A DNA stretch of 64,000 nt from Asterias rubens (GCF_902459465.1 NC_047062.1:22568001-22632000); one strand, 5' to 3'; counted from the stretch's first letter, positions 38,085 through 52,200 are shown. The notes: generated by a model from the letters alone, not told the origin. Numbers and translations: made by a program.

Positions 38085-38620
38085 GTGGGGCACTATTAGG
38101 AAATTGAAATACCTACTGGAGCATTTTGAAGGGCACAAAGGCAATGACCAGGGGGCAATCGCCTCCGCTGCCTCCATAAAGTATCAGGTCTGGGCTACAT
38201 AAAGATGAATGTAACCTCATTAATCAATGTCTCACCACCATCTAACTCATGTCCTCAAAGGGCACATTATCTATCAGGAAATTGTAAATTCCTACTGGAG
38301 CATTTTAAGGGCACCAAGGCAATGACCAGGGGAGCATGGAGGCAATCGCCTCCACTGCCTCCTTGAAGTATCAGGCCTGGGCCGCTACATAAAAATGTAT
38401 GTAACCTCATCAATCAATGTCTCACCACCATCTAACTCATTTCCTCCAAGGGAACCCTATGAGGACTTTGTAAGTTTCTACTGGAGCATTTTCAAGGGCA
38501 CCAAGACAATGACCAGGGGGGCATGGAGGCAATCACCATTGTTGCCTCCTTGAAGTATCAGTCCTGAAGATGTATGTAACCTCATCAATCAATGTCTCAC
38601 CACCATCTAACTCATGTCCC
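38085..38620. repeat. Composite tandem array (family B element plus flank), ~190-bp period, 3 copies
   Basis: [ctactggagcattt..gggcaccaaggcaatgaccagggg..gaagtatcagg]+[atgtaacctcat(t/c)aatcaatgtctcaccaccatctaactcat] x3. Confidence 0.85.
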
Positions 38621-40404
38621 ACCCACCGATAAACACACTAGTCATGTACAATAAATGTAGACCTAAATCACACACAATGCAAACGGACAGGCTATTAACG
38701 CAGTCCGCTATTAAACACAACCTGGCAATCGCTACGGCAGCTGACATCATGCTTGGAACATCAGGTCGGCAACTCTTCAAAGCAACCTGTCGCAATTAGC
38801 AGATGACCAATTAAAGGTCCGCAAACTGCAACGAATACAACAGTACGAGGTATACGGGTTTGTCTCGTCACGATGTTGGTAATGGTTGTTGGCGGTGATG
38901 TCTGAAAATACACTAACAAACACGTTCTACTGCAATTTATCTCAGTTACAAATATCGGGGAACACTTTTGATGATGTTTAATGATAGCTGGAGAGGTGGT
39001 GGGGAGGGTAATGAAGCTCAATACAATCCTGACTGGTTACCATTTTGGCGGGCGGCACTCTAAATGGATATTAAGTTGCTGGAACAGGTGGCTGCATGTA
39101 CAAGTGCTTGTATCTATTGAGAGTATTTATCTACATTAAGGCTGGCAGACGGTCAAATTGTTGTCGCTGTCTTGTCCACACCATTCTTGGCACATTGTAG
39201 AACACGTTTTTTTATGTGCGGTCAGGTCTCGGTTAAACGTGGATCGAGCGTGAACCCAGGCTGCAAATATGGGTCACAATGCACAAGGGTATACATGTAA
39301 CTTCAGACTGGAACATCACTTCACTTGGATGATTCATAACAAAAGAGGGGGTTTTCAACAGAAGGAGCTGAACAGAGGTTAAAGGGTGTTCATAACATTG
39401 GTAAAACACATGATAAAAAACGTTTACAGATTTACACATAACTATGGTCACAATGGAAAATTTGTGAATGAAAAAAATAGCGAAAACATGAAAATATGTT
39501 TAGTTTGGGGGGTTTTCTTTTCCCAACTGAAATTCGAGGACTGAATTTGCCTAAACGATCACAGGTTAATTCTTTCACATGTGTGATGGGTCACATAAAG
39601 TGCAGATACTGGTCTTTGACATTATTACTAATGCTATCCATGTGCATTTTATAATCAGATGAACAAGTGCTTAAAAAAACCTCACTACACGCTTGTTTGA
39701 AGTAATTACAATTGGATAACATTGGTTCAATCAAAATATATCCTAATAAGTTATTCAATCCATACGATTATTTTTGCAAAGCATTTGATGTTCAGTTCAA
39801 CCCCATAGGCTGCCATCATTTATCAATCTCAAATCATGCAATGCACCACAAGGTTCAGGAAGCGCATGCAAATTTCTCTCAATCATGTCCGCCTGGCAAC
39901 TTATATAACCCTGCTTTTTAAACAACTGCTGTTCTTTCTCTATTGTGTCTACCTCTGGTACATATCAAATCACCGAGTTGGCAAATAAGTAAATTGCAAA
40001 CCTTATACTTGTGTCTTTGCGGAATAGCTTTATTAACAATTGCCGATGGCAATCAGCAACAACAATAGCAACCATCTGCTGGAATTTAACATAATTAGAC
40101 CAAACAGAACGATGGTTTATTGTGATCAGCAAAATAATGAATTGCTTTTTTTTATGTTTTTCACTTGAGTAGTTAAACAAAATTAAAATATAAAAAGTAC
40201 AAGTCGGATGTGAAAGTTTACAACCTCCAAAGTATAAGGGCATGAGCAGGACGCTGTACTTACAAGTAGGGTTAATTTGCCTATGTGAAGATGACATATG
40301 GTTTAGCTGATTCAATTTGCCTATAGCTTTGTGGCTCCTCTTCACCTGGTTAACAATAGGGTCATCAAGGGGACACCGAGACTAACGTACATGGAGAGCC
40401 ACGT

Positions 40405-41285
40405 GGAGATCCCACTGTTTTCCCCACCACTAATCGTGACTACCTCACCGCACCGCCAACAACAACAAAAATTCATGAATGGGAAGTTCTGAGAAAAGCT
40501 ACCAGAAGAAATTGGAGTCATAACCTCTTTAGGTAAAAGATGATATTGATATTAAGAAATATTCCTTTGTAATCGAGATCCCACCGTTTTCCCTACAACC
40601 AATCATGACTATCTTGTCACTGCCAACAACAATATTTTTATGAATGGGAAGTTCCGAAGTATCCGACTGAAATTGGAGTCATAACCTCTTGGGGTTATAG
40701 ATGCTACTGAAATTAAAGACACTGGACACCTTTGGTAATTGTCAAAGATCAGTATTATCACTTGGTGTATTCGAAGCTAGGCATAAATAATGTACCCGTG
40801 ATTATTTGGGCTTAATTGATCATCGAAGTTGCAAGAGAATAATGAAAGAAAACGAACTGCACAAATTGCACAAATTTGTGTGCTTTCAGATTTTTTTTTT
40901 TTTTTACCCATACACCGATGTGTGTTAGCACTGTAATCTCAGAACTTTCCCAAGCCCTGTGATTTCAGATGCCTAAATCTTAAAATATTTGAGTAAGAAA
41001 TTACCTCTTTTTCCAGAGAGGGAGTCGTTTCTCACAACGTTTTATCATTACCATGGTAAGTTTGGATGCTTACAATTATTTTGAGTAATTACAAATGGTG
41101 TCCAGTGCCTTTAAGAAATATTCCTTCGTAACCGAGATCCGCCTGTTTCACCCACCACTAATCGTGACTACCTCCTTACTGCCAACAACAATTTATTTTA
41201 TGAATGGGGAGTTCCGAGAAAAGCTACCAGAAGAAAAAACCTCTTGGGGTAAAAGATTGATATTTAAGAATTATCCCTTTGTAGG
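40405..41285. repeat. Three ~170-bp tandem units, the middle one interrupted by a MITE
   Basis: gagatcc..ccactaatcgtgactacctc..gccaacaacaa..atgaatgggaagttc..aacctctt(t/g)ggt at ~40406, ~40575 and ~41135. Confidence 0.85.
40717..41110. mobile_element. MITE family A copy inserted in a tandem-repeat unit
   Basis: ttaa|agacactggacac ... gtgtccagtgcct|ttaa; removing it restores the ...ttaagaaatattcc unit seen uninterrupted in the neighbouring repeat copy, confirming TTAA duplication. Confidence 0.85.
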
Positions 41286-41690
41286 GGAGGATGTTGAACC
41301 CAATTCTCTTTACCACAACCGACTCCAGTGAATCATAAACCCAAACCTATAAGAACCAGTTTCAGTTGAAAAACCACAATGGCCCCGCGATCAATTAAGA
41401 TCTCGTTAAAATACTGACCAAATGACTCAACAATACCTTCTTCACGGTTTGTTTATTCCCAGAAAGGGAAAAGAAATTGAACCCAACTCTCATTGTAACC
41501 ATCGATAATCTCCAATGACTTGTTTTAGATTGGATTATTTTAATTGGTTGATATCGTCAGGTCACTCAACCGACTTAGCGATAACTATTGATACATCTCC
41601 ACTGTTCAACCATTGTCTTCACACAGGTCAATGCCCTGAAACTAATTTATATTGACTCAAATTTTAGGGTTGAACAAAGAAAACTTGAGC

Positions 41691-41815
41691 GGGAAGTGAA
41701 CCTGCGACCTCCGGATTAATGAGCTCGCGCTCTACCAAATGAGCTATCTAGCCCTAGTGTTGGGGGGCTCCCTATGTTGTCAATATAATTGTTCAGGGGT
41801 GCCAGTCAAAAGCCA
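41691..41815 (-). mobile_element. tRNA-derived SINE-like head, sister of 28881
   Basis: agggctagatagctcatttggtagagcgcgagctcattaatccggaggtcgcaggttcact; upstream attgacaacatagggag also shared. Confidence 0.7.
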
Positions 41816-44458
41816 TTTAACCTGTTACTGCAGCCAGGGATCACACCCAAGTTTATTGTACAACCTGTGCAGTGGCAATTTACTTACTTGATATGTGACT
41901 CAAATTTTCATAAAATCAAACATAAGAAACAAAACTTCAAAATAGTAAGACCAGCTCCATGGTATAAGAGCTAACTGAGCTGTGATTTTGGTTGAAAGAC
42001 TTTAATTCAGAAAAACTGTAATCTGAATCAGACTCGGATAGTCTGAACTTGCAAGGAAATACATGTATGTCTTGTGAAAGATGCGATTGGAAGACTAACA
42101 CAATTAATTTAAGAGATCAATATCCATCATCTTTCTAAATATGTTTCACCATTGACCATTTCTTCTTCTATTTCTTCTTCTTTTTTATTTTGTTGTGGGG
42201 GGGGGGGGGGGGGAGGTGGTTGGATCTAAGTACAGGCTGCCATATTCTTAAATCAAGGACCAAAGAGATCTGCCTCAACTCGAAGGAATGTGACTCAACA
42301 TGGATGAATGTGACTCAACATGAACATGAATGAATGTGACTCAAATGGAAGGAGGTTAGTGGTGTAACTAGTAGTAGGTCTAGTAGTAAGGGGGAGGCAC
42401 TCCAAATTAATATCATGTTTGTTTTTATAATACAAAAAGGCACGTTGTTCCAGAGGTCGTTGGTTTTTGAATACAACTCTAGGCAATTCTTTGTTCAACC
42501 CCCAAAATTATTTATAAACAGGGTACCGAATTTACCAAAAGTGCCCCCCCCCCCCTCTCGAAAAAAAACAGTGCCCAAAAATGATTTACCCCTTACAGTG
42601 CTATTGATTAAACAAAAGTCCAACATGGTTCTGAATTGCAAAACTGCTTGACTCTGCTATCCAGTATCCATCTAGGTATTAAATGGAAACTGAATGCAAA
42701 ACAGTTAGAATTCTTGACTTTCATGCAACCCAATCAAAATTGTATGTTTCAGTACTTGTAGTAAGGGTTGGTTCAACCGTAAATAAAAACAATTTTTAGC
42801 TTTTGAATTTTCTAAGAAAACGTCACTCCATTCATCCATTGTTCTCCGCAAGCCCATTTATCATCTAGAAGTGACATTTTCTTTTTAGGATGGAATTACG
42901 ATGTATGGCCCTGTCTATGACCACGGCGTCAAGCACAAAAGATGGATACAAAATAAGCTTGGGGGTCGAACAAAAACGTAAAGGGAAATGCTTCCAAGAA
43001 AAAAATTACTGTTAAACATTGATTACCACAAGACATTATTATTTCTCTTGCGAGGGGCCCAATTTCATAGAGCTGCTTCAGCACAAAAAGGAGCTAAGCA
43101 CAATTTGGAAAACAAATCTGCTCACCCATTTTCTTTTTTGAGAAAATAGAACATTGCCAACTGTTTACCAACCAAAAGGACCAAAAAAATATTTACTGGC
43201 CTAAAGCCTCCATCCTAGCTTTCCAGAAAGACTCTGCTGTGGTCGAAAAGTTAGGTCATTAACTATTGTTTGCCCCCCCCCCCAAAAAAAAAAAAATTTA
43301 TCATACAAACTACAATGTAACCATGTTTACAAAGAATTGGGGGGGGGGGTCTTAATTAATTTATATAAAATCTGGTTATCTGCTAGCCACCTTTTTAATC
43401 ATTAAACACTTTCTCTCTTTAAGTTATACCATCATGTTTACACAAAATAAAAAATAAAACAATTCCATACAAAGCTCAGACCAGTCAGTTTGTAGAGAGT
43501 TGCATAAAATAGTTGATTGCACTGCCTATCATCTTTAACAGTCTGTCACTCATAAACCACAAAACCCAACCAGGCTATTAAACTCTCCTGACAAGAGACA
43601 CTGCCAGCATGCAATCTCTCTGAACTCTTTCTGACCTAAGGGCTAGACAGTTCAGTCAGAGTTGATTTCTGTGTACATCTAAAAAATAAAAACTGTAGTC
43701 ATAGTTGATTTGATCACACAGGTGAGAAAAGATTGATTTCGTGGTTTTGAATTGTCATCGTCACCATAGTGATTTATATTTGTGACAGCATGTTCTGATC
43801 AGCAATTCTGATATCTTTTTTTGACCAACTAACTCTCTGGAGATAAAATTTAAAGGTGCTTTTTGGAAAAGTTGGCTTTGGTGTTTTATTTGTGTCCGTG
43901 CAAAACTATTATTCTTGAGTAAAGAGCATTTTCCCAAACAAAACAGTCAGATTTTCTTTCAACATTTCAACCAAGCAAAATGTTCACAAACCAAAATGTT
44001 TGAAGATACGTTTGTGGAGGGCATGTAAATATGTATTCATAAATACCTCAGACAGTTTTGCTATTTCTATTGGTGGAGAGCGCGTCACGTGGGTGTGTAT
44101 AAACCTTTGTTTAAGACCAGTAAAAAGTGTTGAAACATGGGCGTGACATGCGAGCCTGCACATGTGTTTTTAAGACAGTTTCTTCATTCTTTTTGGTCGA
44201 GAGCAACGACTGGAACAGTTGTGCCACATTGCGATACGCGCTACGCGCACAGCCACAGCATTCCCTTATAAGGAGTTGTTTACCCGTTATAACTTTTGTA
44301 TTTATTTTACTTTGTGACCAAAAAGTGTTTTTTTACCGAAAAGGTATTTATGAATGGGAATCAAAGTGTGTTGATTGATTCCCTTATAAGAAATGTCCAA
44401 GGAATACCTCCCACTGCACCAACCCCTAAAAGACTATAGAGTATAAACCTTTTATAAA

Positions 44459-44614
44459 AGGGAAGGTGTATGTTTTGGTAACCATTCCTTAAAAAAAATG
44501 ACAATAAAAGACTACTTGGTTAGAAGTACAGAAGCTTTTGGTAGTTTAAAACAAATTTGAATCATTTCACTTTAAAATTAAAAACAATAAAAAAAACAAA
44601 GGTAAACATTTCCT
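44459..44614. mobile_element. Small AGG-terminated MITE
   Basis: agggaaggtgtatgtttt ... aaaggtaaacatttcct|ttaa, imperfect TIRs. Confidence 0.5.
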
Positions 44615-45189
44615 TTAAACACTTCTCGTCAACAAAGACATCGTGAACAACTGTTGTTCGTCGTTTGGAAGTGGCTTCGTGTACTTTGTAAAATTGACTG
44701 GCAACACATAAATAACAATTTATAGTTGAATTGGTTTTTAACGATCGGTCAGCCTGGCTATTAGCAACAATGATCCCACCCCATCACTAAGAGTAAGTTT
44801 GTTGACACCCTTGGCTTACGCTATTAAATAAATTACCGTACACCATTTTATAGAAAGATGGAGGAACCAAACAAGCCTTGACACAATTGGTGTCCATTAT
44901 GGATAGACTGGCCGTCAAGCTAATTTATTTAATTGCATCAGTTTGGATTGAGTGGAGGTAATAATGGTCACTTTGACCATGATCATAGAAATGATAAAGC
45001 AAATTAGCTTACAAGGATAATTTAGGGCTCTCAAATTATTACAAAATCCATCATTGGCAATCAAATTGTTTTAATTGGGTGGGGGATGCTGGAGGGGATG
45101 TGATGCGGACCCCATTAACAAATACACACAATTCTTTTAATAAAGGATACCTGGTAAAGAGACCAAGAATGCCATATAAAGGCATTTAA

Positions 45190-45436
45190 AGCAGTGGCCA
45201 CTATTGGTAATTACTCAAAATAGTTGTTACTCAAATATTAAAAGACTTCAGGCCTGAAGCCCTTTTCAGGTATCTGAAAGTACACAAATTTGAGCAAATG
45301 GGTGTGTTTTCTTTCATCATTCTCTGCAACTTTGATGACCAATCAAGTCCAAATTTTCACAGATTTGTTAACTTATGATGGGATACACCAAGTGAGAACA
45401 CTGGTCTTTGACAATTACCAAAGGTATCCAGTGCCG
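45190..45436. mobile_element. MITE family A copy, internally deleted
   Basis: ttaa|agcagtggccactattggtaat ... gtatccagtgccg|ttaa. Confidence 0.8.
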
Positions 45437-46145
45437 TTAAGACTTGCTACGTCCAGTTCCCCTATATCATCACTGATACAGCAACCAAAGACAACGCTAT
45501 CTAAAATAAATGCTTTACATAACACCACTATCCTTAAAAAAGTCACAGTGTTTCCAATTAGTTTTCTAAAAGTGGACACGTGATGCGTTGAATTTGATAA
45601 ACATGAATTTGATTGACTCTTTAAAGTTCTAATTTAAATAAACGATGAAGTAAGAGAGGTGCGTGTCAGTTTCGTGAAACAAAAACAAACAAAGCAAAAT
45701 GACTATTTCCGCTCTCATTAAAGTGATACTTTCCAACGTCTTACACATTACTTGAGTGTCACTCATGAAAATGAAGAAGTACCTTGTCACACTGTGCACA
45801 CCACACAAAAGGTTTGTGTAACTTCATTCGAACGTTTTTTGGGGTTTTTTTTTTTTCACACTTGAGCAGAGTCCACGCTGTGCATTTAATGGTAAATTGA
45901 ATCTTTACTGTAATAGAATAAGTTTATAAAACTTTGAATGTCACTGTCATGCAAAGTTTGCAATGTATAATTATCGTAATTTAAAAAGAACAATACTTGA
46001 AGTATTGACACTTCATAAGATGAATATTTTTGTAAACATGTGTATACATTTAAAAACTGGGGGGGAAAAAAAAGTTGTTTTATACACAATATGTTAGCTG
46101 ATGTTTACTACCGATTATAATTGTCCCTGACAGGTACCAGTTTTT

Positions 46146-46735
46146 AATCAGGATACAAGACTGTGGTGTTACACCATGATTTAGATTTTCTTACTGTACT
46201 GTTTATAATCTAGTTTGATGGACCAAGGGCAATGTTGAATCAGTGAAACCTTGAACTAGAAACAGGGATTGGAGGATGAGGGTGGCTGACAACTCTATGT
46301 GCGTCATCCATGAGCTAGCTGTGTGCTCACTAGCGCTATGGGAACAGGTCAATGGAGCTAGGAGCTGGGGCAGAAGGAGACTCACCTAGTATGTACGTCA
46401 ACCAGCAGAAGGAGGATACAAGACTATAACACCATGGTTTAGATTTTCTTGCTGAGCTGTGCATAATCTAGTTTGTTAGACCAAGGGCAATCCTGAATCA
46501 GTGAAACCTTGAACCAGAAACAGGCATTGGAGGATGAAGCTGGCTGGCCACTATGTGCGTCATCCATGAGCCTGCTAGCGTTGTGGGAACAGGTCAATGG
46601 AGCTAGGAGCAGTGGCATGAGGAGACTCACCTACTGTACGTCAACCAGCTGAAGGACACAGCTAAGGACCCTGGACCGGGATTTATGGATGAAGACCATA
46701 AGAGTCTCCCGAGATGGCGTCAGCTCAAGACGACC
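46146..46735 (+). mobile_element. Tandemly duplicated, decayed 3' end of an RTE-clade LINE ORF2
   Basis: Two ~250-bp copies; frameshifted translation gives ISETL..RMKLAGHYVRHP..LALWEQVNGARSSG(M/R)RRLTY..VNQLKDT..DRDLWMKTIRVSR, matching the RTE C-terminal pattern RLAGHxxRH..LWEP.G.R.RGR..LTYVDQL..DR..W. Confidence 0.65.
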
Positions 46736-47091
46736 TCTCGTACTTTACTACTTCGATTTTACAGCAATTGTTCTTTACAGGATTTCTCGCACCACTGGTT
46801 CTTTTTCAGTGCAAGCTCAGCTTATAAGATACTTTATTTGCCATGGTCCAGTGCAATCATAAGGTTGTGGGTTCGAATCCTACCAAGATGATGCCAGCTG
46901 AAGACCAGCTCTCAGATAGTAAAAGCAGGACAGTTCTTTTCAGAACTGAGAAGTCTCCCGAATTCCGAAAAAGATCATCTCAGAGAATATAAAGCAAGAG
47001 AAGTTCTCAAAATTCTTGCACAACAGGTTCTTTTTCAGTATAAGCTAAGCTAATTCGAGATAATTTATCTCCCATGGTGTAACTATTAACC

Positions 47092-47160
47092 CTGGTCCAG
47101 TGGTTAGACTGCATGTCTTACAATCTTAAGGTTGTGGGTTCAAATCCTACCAAGCTAACT
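47092..47160 (+). mobile_element. tRNA-derived SINE head (second family)
   Basis: tggtccagtggttaga (A-box) ... ggttgtgggttcaaatcctacc (B-box); shorter copy at ~46844-46885 and a similar minus-strand head at ~19683-19750. Confidence 0.6.
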
Positions 47161-48717
47161 GCTGATTTCACAATGACTAGAATAAATGTTGTTGGCTAGT
47201 TACTGAATCAAAGTTTATTGATTTGTGCAGTTCATAATCATAGACATTAAACCAACGGCTTGATGAGAGAGATTGGCTGTTGCCAGCTTGGCGTTTATAT
47301 CCCCTTATGTGAGTTTGCCAAGTTCCCTTGACGGGAAGATCTAAAACCCAAAAAACAAAAAACAAACAAACACCCCAATAATCACACAATTTCTGCTTGG
47401 CTGTATTCCCTCATGCAAAGTTGCAAACTCTACTCTCTCTTTTTGGATTGTAATTTTTTGTTTTAATTGCTGAGAAGGGGAGACTGTGAAGAAGATTCCA
47501 AATACGGTGCTGTAAAAGAAGCATGGCTGGGTAGTCCACTGTACTCTTGCCCCAACAAAAACTGTGATTAATTGCAAAACTTGATTTATTGTACAAACAC
47601 ACTTTGGTTTTTTGTAACTGAATAAGAACAGAGTGACATTAATTATACAGAAGTTTTTGATGACTGACATTTTTACACATTCAACTGTGACAATGATGGA
47701 CACCGTGCCGTCACATAACTCCCTGTTCACATGACATCCGATGCCAACAACAGAATCTTAAGGCCCCTCAAAACAAAAGTTTTTTTTGTGTTTTTTTAAA
47801 TGGCCAGACGTTCCATTTTTTTAAGGACAATCAGCTGGGCAATTTGCTTCCAAATGTTTATTGAGACCATGCAATTATTATTATTATTTTTATAAATAAA
47901 TAAAAAAAATGCGTTAAAAAACAAAACGGAAGGAAAACAAGGAGGCGGTCTCTATATAGGAAGCTGGCTGGGACGCTAAACATGGTTAATTTTTGTATCT
48001 GGCCTAACAAGTTGAAAACCAATCGGGGTTTTCGCTGGCTCGGGTTGTTGCATGAGTGACAAATTAAAGGCACCTGATTTCAGTCATCTATCACAATTAT
48101 TAGGATTGGGCAAGAGTTATGGTCCAGGGCGGAACACTCGATTAAACCGGTCTCTGCTGCACGTATTAATGAAATGGGGTTAGATGCTCACTTGGGACGT
48201 ATAAATTAAAACAGTCTCAACTCAATTTATCACGTTTATTAGTATTGTTCATATTTCTCTTCAGGACATGCAAACAGTTTGGATTGCGCTCTGGATACAA
48301 GTTGATCAAAGTTTCTGAGATCAAGTTTCTGGAGAGTGTTTAATTTCAGCCACAAACTGTCATGAAATTTTGTTAGTGTCCTGACTGCTGCTACTATTTG
48401 TCAATCAATGTTGAGATGTGCTTCTCTGTACTGAAAGTTTACACAGCCTGTCTGATATTGATTTCTAGGGTCTTTTTGTCTTTAGTTGATACCCAAACTA
48501 CTTTGTTGTCGTTCAGTTTAATGATTTATGGAGTGCCATTCAGCTTTACTATGAAGTGACAAAGAACGCTGTTAAATGTTGATTATTATCATTAACATTT
48601 GTTAATGATGCCATTAACATTTGTTAATGATGCATTACATTTTAACATCATGCCTAACACAGTTTACAATACCATAGAGCTATACACCTTTCTTCAAGAA
48701 AATAAGTTTCCCCTGGT

Positions 48718-49210
48718 AAGGGGAAATTCAATGAGGAGAATGTAAATTTGTATTGGAACTTTGGAAGGCTACCAAAGCACATCCACCGAGCGTTCTATAT
48801 TTTCCACACCATAAATATCACATTTCTTCTATTTTTGTCTTACGAGTTCATTGCAAAGACAAAAGGTACATTAGGTATGAATGTAGATCAAGCGTAGTGC
48901 GTTACAACCATAGATAAAGAAACTGGTATTGCCTGTTATGAAACACCATGACCTTATAGCAAATGACTTGTAAGGGGTACTTCAACGAGAAAAATGTAAA
49001 TTTGCATTGGAACTTTGGAAGATTGCAGAAGCGCATCCAATCAGCTTTCTACATTTTCCACACACAAAACACCACATTTCTTCTTCTCTTTTTCTCACGA
49101 TGTCATTACAACGACAAAGGTACATTATGTATGAAAGTAGATCAAGCGGAGTGCGCCAAAACCATCTAGAAAGATAATGGTGTTGCCTTTTATAAAACAC
49201 CATGACCTTC
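48718..49210 (+). repeat. Diverged 254-bp tandem duplication, possibly a decayed coding repeat
   Basis: Copies start at 48718 and 48972; see finding on the synonymous pattern. Confidence 0.8.
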
Positions 49211-52200
49211 TACCAATTGGCTATCCTGGGAAAATGACTACATGTATGATGATGCCTCTGCTTTACCTTGGGCAAACCTTCAGACTGTGCGTACAGCGTA
49301 TTCAGCTGAGGTACAACCAGGCGCAAAGTGATCACACTGTATCACGCATGGCCTGTTTCTCTCAAGTACAATATCTGCGTCTTAGAAACGGCTAATTAGC
49401 ACACTCATCGTTATGGCAACTTCTGGACTCATCGCTAACAATAGCGCAGTGTGGAAACGATAATAATGCAAGGTAGCAGATAATGGCCCGACTCTTCAAC
49501 TTGATTAGAGTTTTTGACACCACAAGGGGTGATTATAAAGGGCACAGTGGTAAAGTGGTTTAGACTGCATGGGGTTCTAGTGTTTTATTGACGTACATGT
49601 AGCTATATGTACATTAAGGAAGAAGTAAGTCGATCGCCGATATCAATTCTTGACACTCGGTTACTGAAGTGCAACTTATTCCTCTTTACAGTCCATAACC
49701 GCAGACAATAAACAAAGCAATGTTTGCATGAGAAAAAATTTGCTATTGCCAGCTCCAAATCTCATCAAAACGTTCAACAAACAAACAAAACAGTGAGAAA
49801 ATGATGACTTTACAAAGAACCTTGGACAACACAAAGAATGTTGTCCTTTCACACGATGTACATTTTTTTACAATTGCTCTTGTGTTAAATGGGCTTCACA
49901 CACAACAAACCTGTCTAAATACAAATGAAATTCTCAGACTATGGGAGTGAAAAGGCGAACAATTTTGCCAAACTTTCAACAAGTTAGATCGCTGAAAGGC
50001 CCCTATTCTTCAATGTTAGCTTGATATGGAAATGGCCTAATAAAACACAATGGAAATATTCAGTACACCCAAGGGGGTACAAATATGAGCAACTCAAACA
50101 ACAAAAACTAACATCAGATTGGTCAATCCAAGCCAACCTTCTTAAGAAATACAATACAAGAAATATATCACTCGGTCATTACAACTTAAGAAAATGATTG
50201 TCTCGACAAGCCTCATATGGACAACTAATCAAAATAACCAACACTTGACAAGAGCGCTTTATCATCAACAAAAGACCGGTCATGCCGAATGATTTTGGAA
50301 AGGCATTGTCCAATTACATTGAGTGCTATGTTATAAAAACGTAGTGGCCATAAATAGGAACAAGAAGATCGAAGGGCAGATTGTTGCTGGTAATCAGGGA
50401 TTAACAGCTATATTTTGATAACTACGCCACCATGTGATTTGTTTGGTCTTGACATACTATTATCCGCTCCAATTGCTGACGGCAAGATTACTGACAGGTA
50501 CGAGAAGGTCTTCTCTCACATCTCTACTCCATCTCACACAATCTCCAAGCTAGTTAACCATTATAGTCTCAGAAGTCATTACAAGATCATCCTCCAGAGA
50601 TGCAGAACACTCCATGGTGTGGTCCCTCCCTACCTATCGGCCCGGTAGAGTCAGGCAAAGTCATAGGGCATCAGGGATTGTTCCTCTGATTGCTTAGCCA
50701 CTTATGGCCTTTCTAACATTAGCCAGCTCCCCCCCCCCTTCAGTATTTTTTACTGAAGCTACATTTTGAGGTACAAGACCTACATGTATTCCTTATAAAG
50801 CATCATTTAATGGTTTACAAGGTGCTGTGGGGCAATATGCAGCCACACAAGTCACTGTCACATTGTCTTACTAACTGAAATAACCTCCTGTAGAAATAGA
50901 CAGTGAAGAGGAGCAAGGATGCCAAATATGTACATGTGTACTTCCTTTAAACAACAGAGTATACATCATCCGTTGTTTATACAAGACAGCCTAATTGATA
51001 TAGCATAAACACACAGGCTCAAAACCCCATCTCAACTCAGAGCAGTACGAAAAAAAACTCAAGGTTGCCGCCTGCCCCAGCAGCCGGAAACAGTGATGAT
51101 GTTTTAACTAAGCTGTTGATCAATCAAACTCATGTTCGGATCTGCAGAAACTCCAGCGATCTCTTCAAACAGTCTTCATCAGTTTCATTCTTCAGGGTGA
51201 ATGACCTGCGTGTACATATACATTTATTGTTGGTGTTTAAACACTCGTTGCGGGTCCCTGATGAGTGGTGTCAGTGCGTACATTCTTGCCGATTCTCAAT
51301 ATCACATACCCCTTTGGGAGCAATTTCTTTTCCTAATGCACTTAAAACAGGGTTCATCACTTCCTGATAGGTGTTGGCTCGCACACTCCAACCATCGCAA
51401 CCAGATGTTGTCTTTCCTATATCTGGCCCTCCGATGATTACACTCTACTATTTTTTTTTTCAGTTTTTTTTTTCTCCCCCCCCGAAAAAGACATGACACT
51501 AAATATTACCTGTGAAATTTACGCATCCTTCCTCTCTACAAACTTGTGTAAATGAATTCCAGCAGATACGGTATGACGGATGCACTGGATGCACTCTACA
51601 GGATGCTGTGGGAAATCTAACACTCTAAACCCCCCCAAGCGATTATCTAACAAAAAGTTGATTAATATTCATAACCAGGGGTTCCCCGAGGGGTTTCACC
51701 ATGGCCCTTGTATTGGCTGTCTAAACACTACTGTTGTTACTACATTACCCCAGTGGGTCAATTAATGAGGGCTGTAATCCACTCAGGACTTGGGACAAGC
51801 CACGCTGACTTTGACGGGTCGTCACCAAGTTTTTAACCTTCCCTTCTCCCCTGGCAGAGAGAGAGAGAAAGACAGAAGAAGCTAATCAAAGCGAATTGCT
51901 CTTGTCATGTTCAATGGAGATATTGCCGGAAAGCGAAATAAAGGGGGGGGGGGTGTTGAGCCTTCCATCGGGGTGAATGACTTGAGAATGAGGTGCTCTG
52001 TTGGTGTATAGTGGCCCTTGCCTTTTTTTACACAGAGTGGCGGAATGTACATGTAAAGCATGAAGGTGTCTTCCTACAAGATACAAACGTGGCTTGTATG
52101 GAATGATCTCTCTCCGAGTATTTTTTGAGAGGGGAATGACTTTTAGAAATTGCTGGGCTGCGTGTCGGAAGTCCCCGTCGATTTTTCAGCAATGTTTGAT

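Noticed and set aside
42889-42977. Plus-strand exon candidate (DGITMYGPVYDHGVKHKRW..)
   Set aside because: Good acceptor but weak donor, two open frames, no partner exons or homology recognised.
51310-51444. Walker A-like VIIGGPDIGKTT on minus strand with GTATGT donor
   Set aside because: Preceded by in-frame stops and a poly-A run instead of a pyrimidine tract; no Walker B or GTPase motifs follow. Likely chance.
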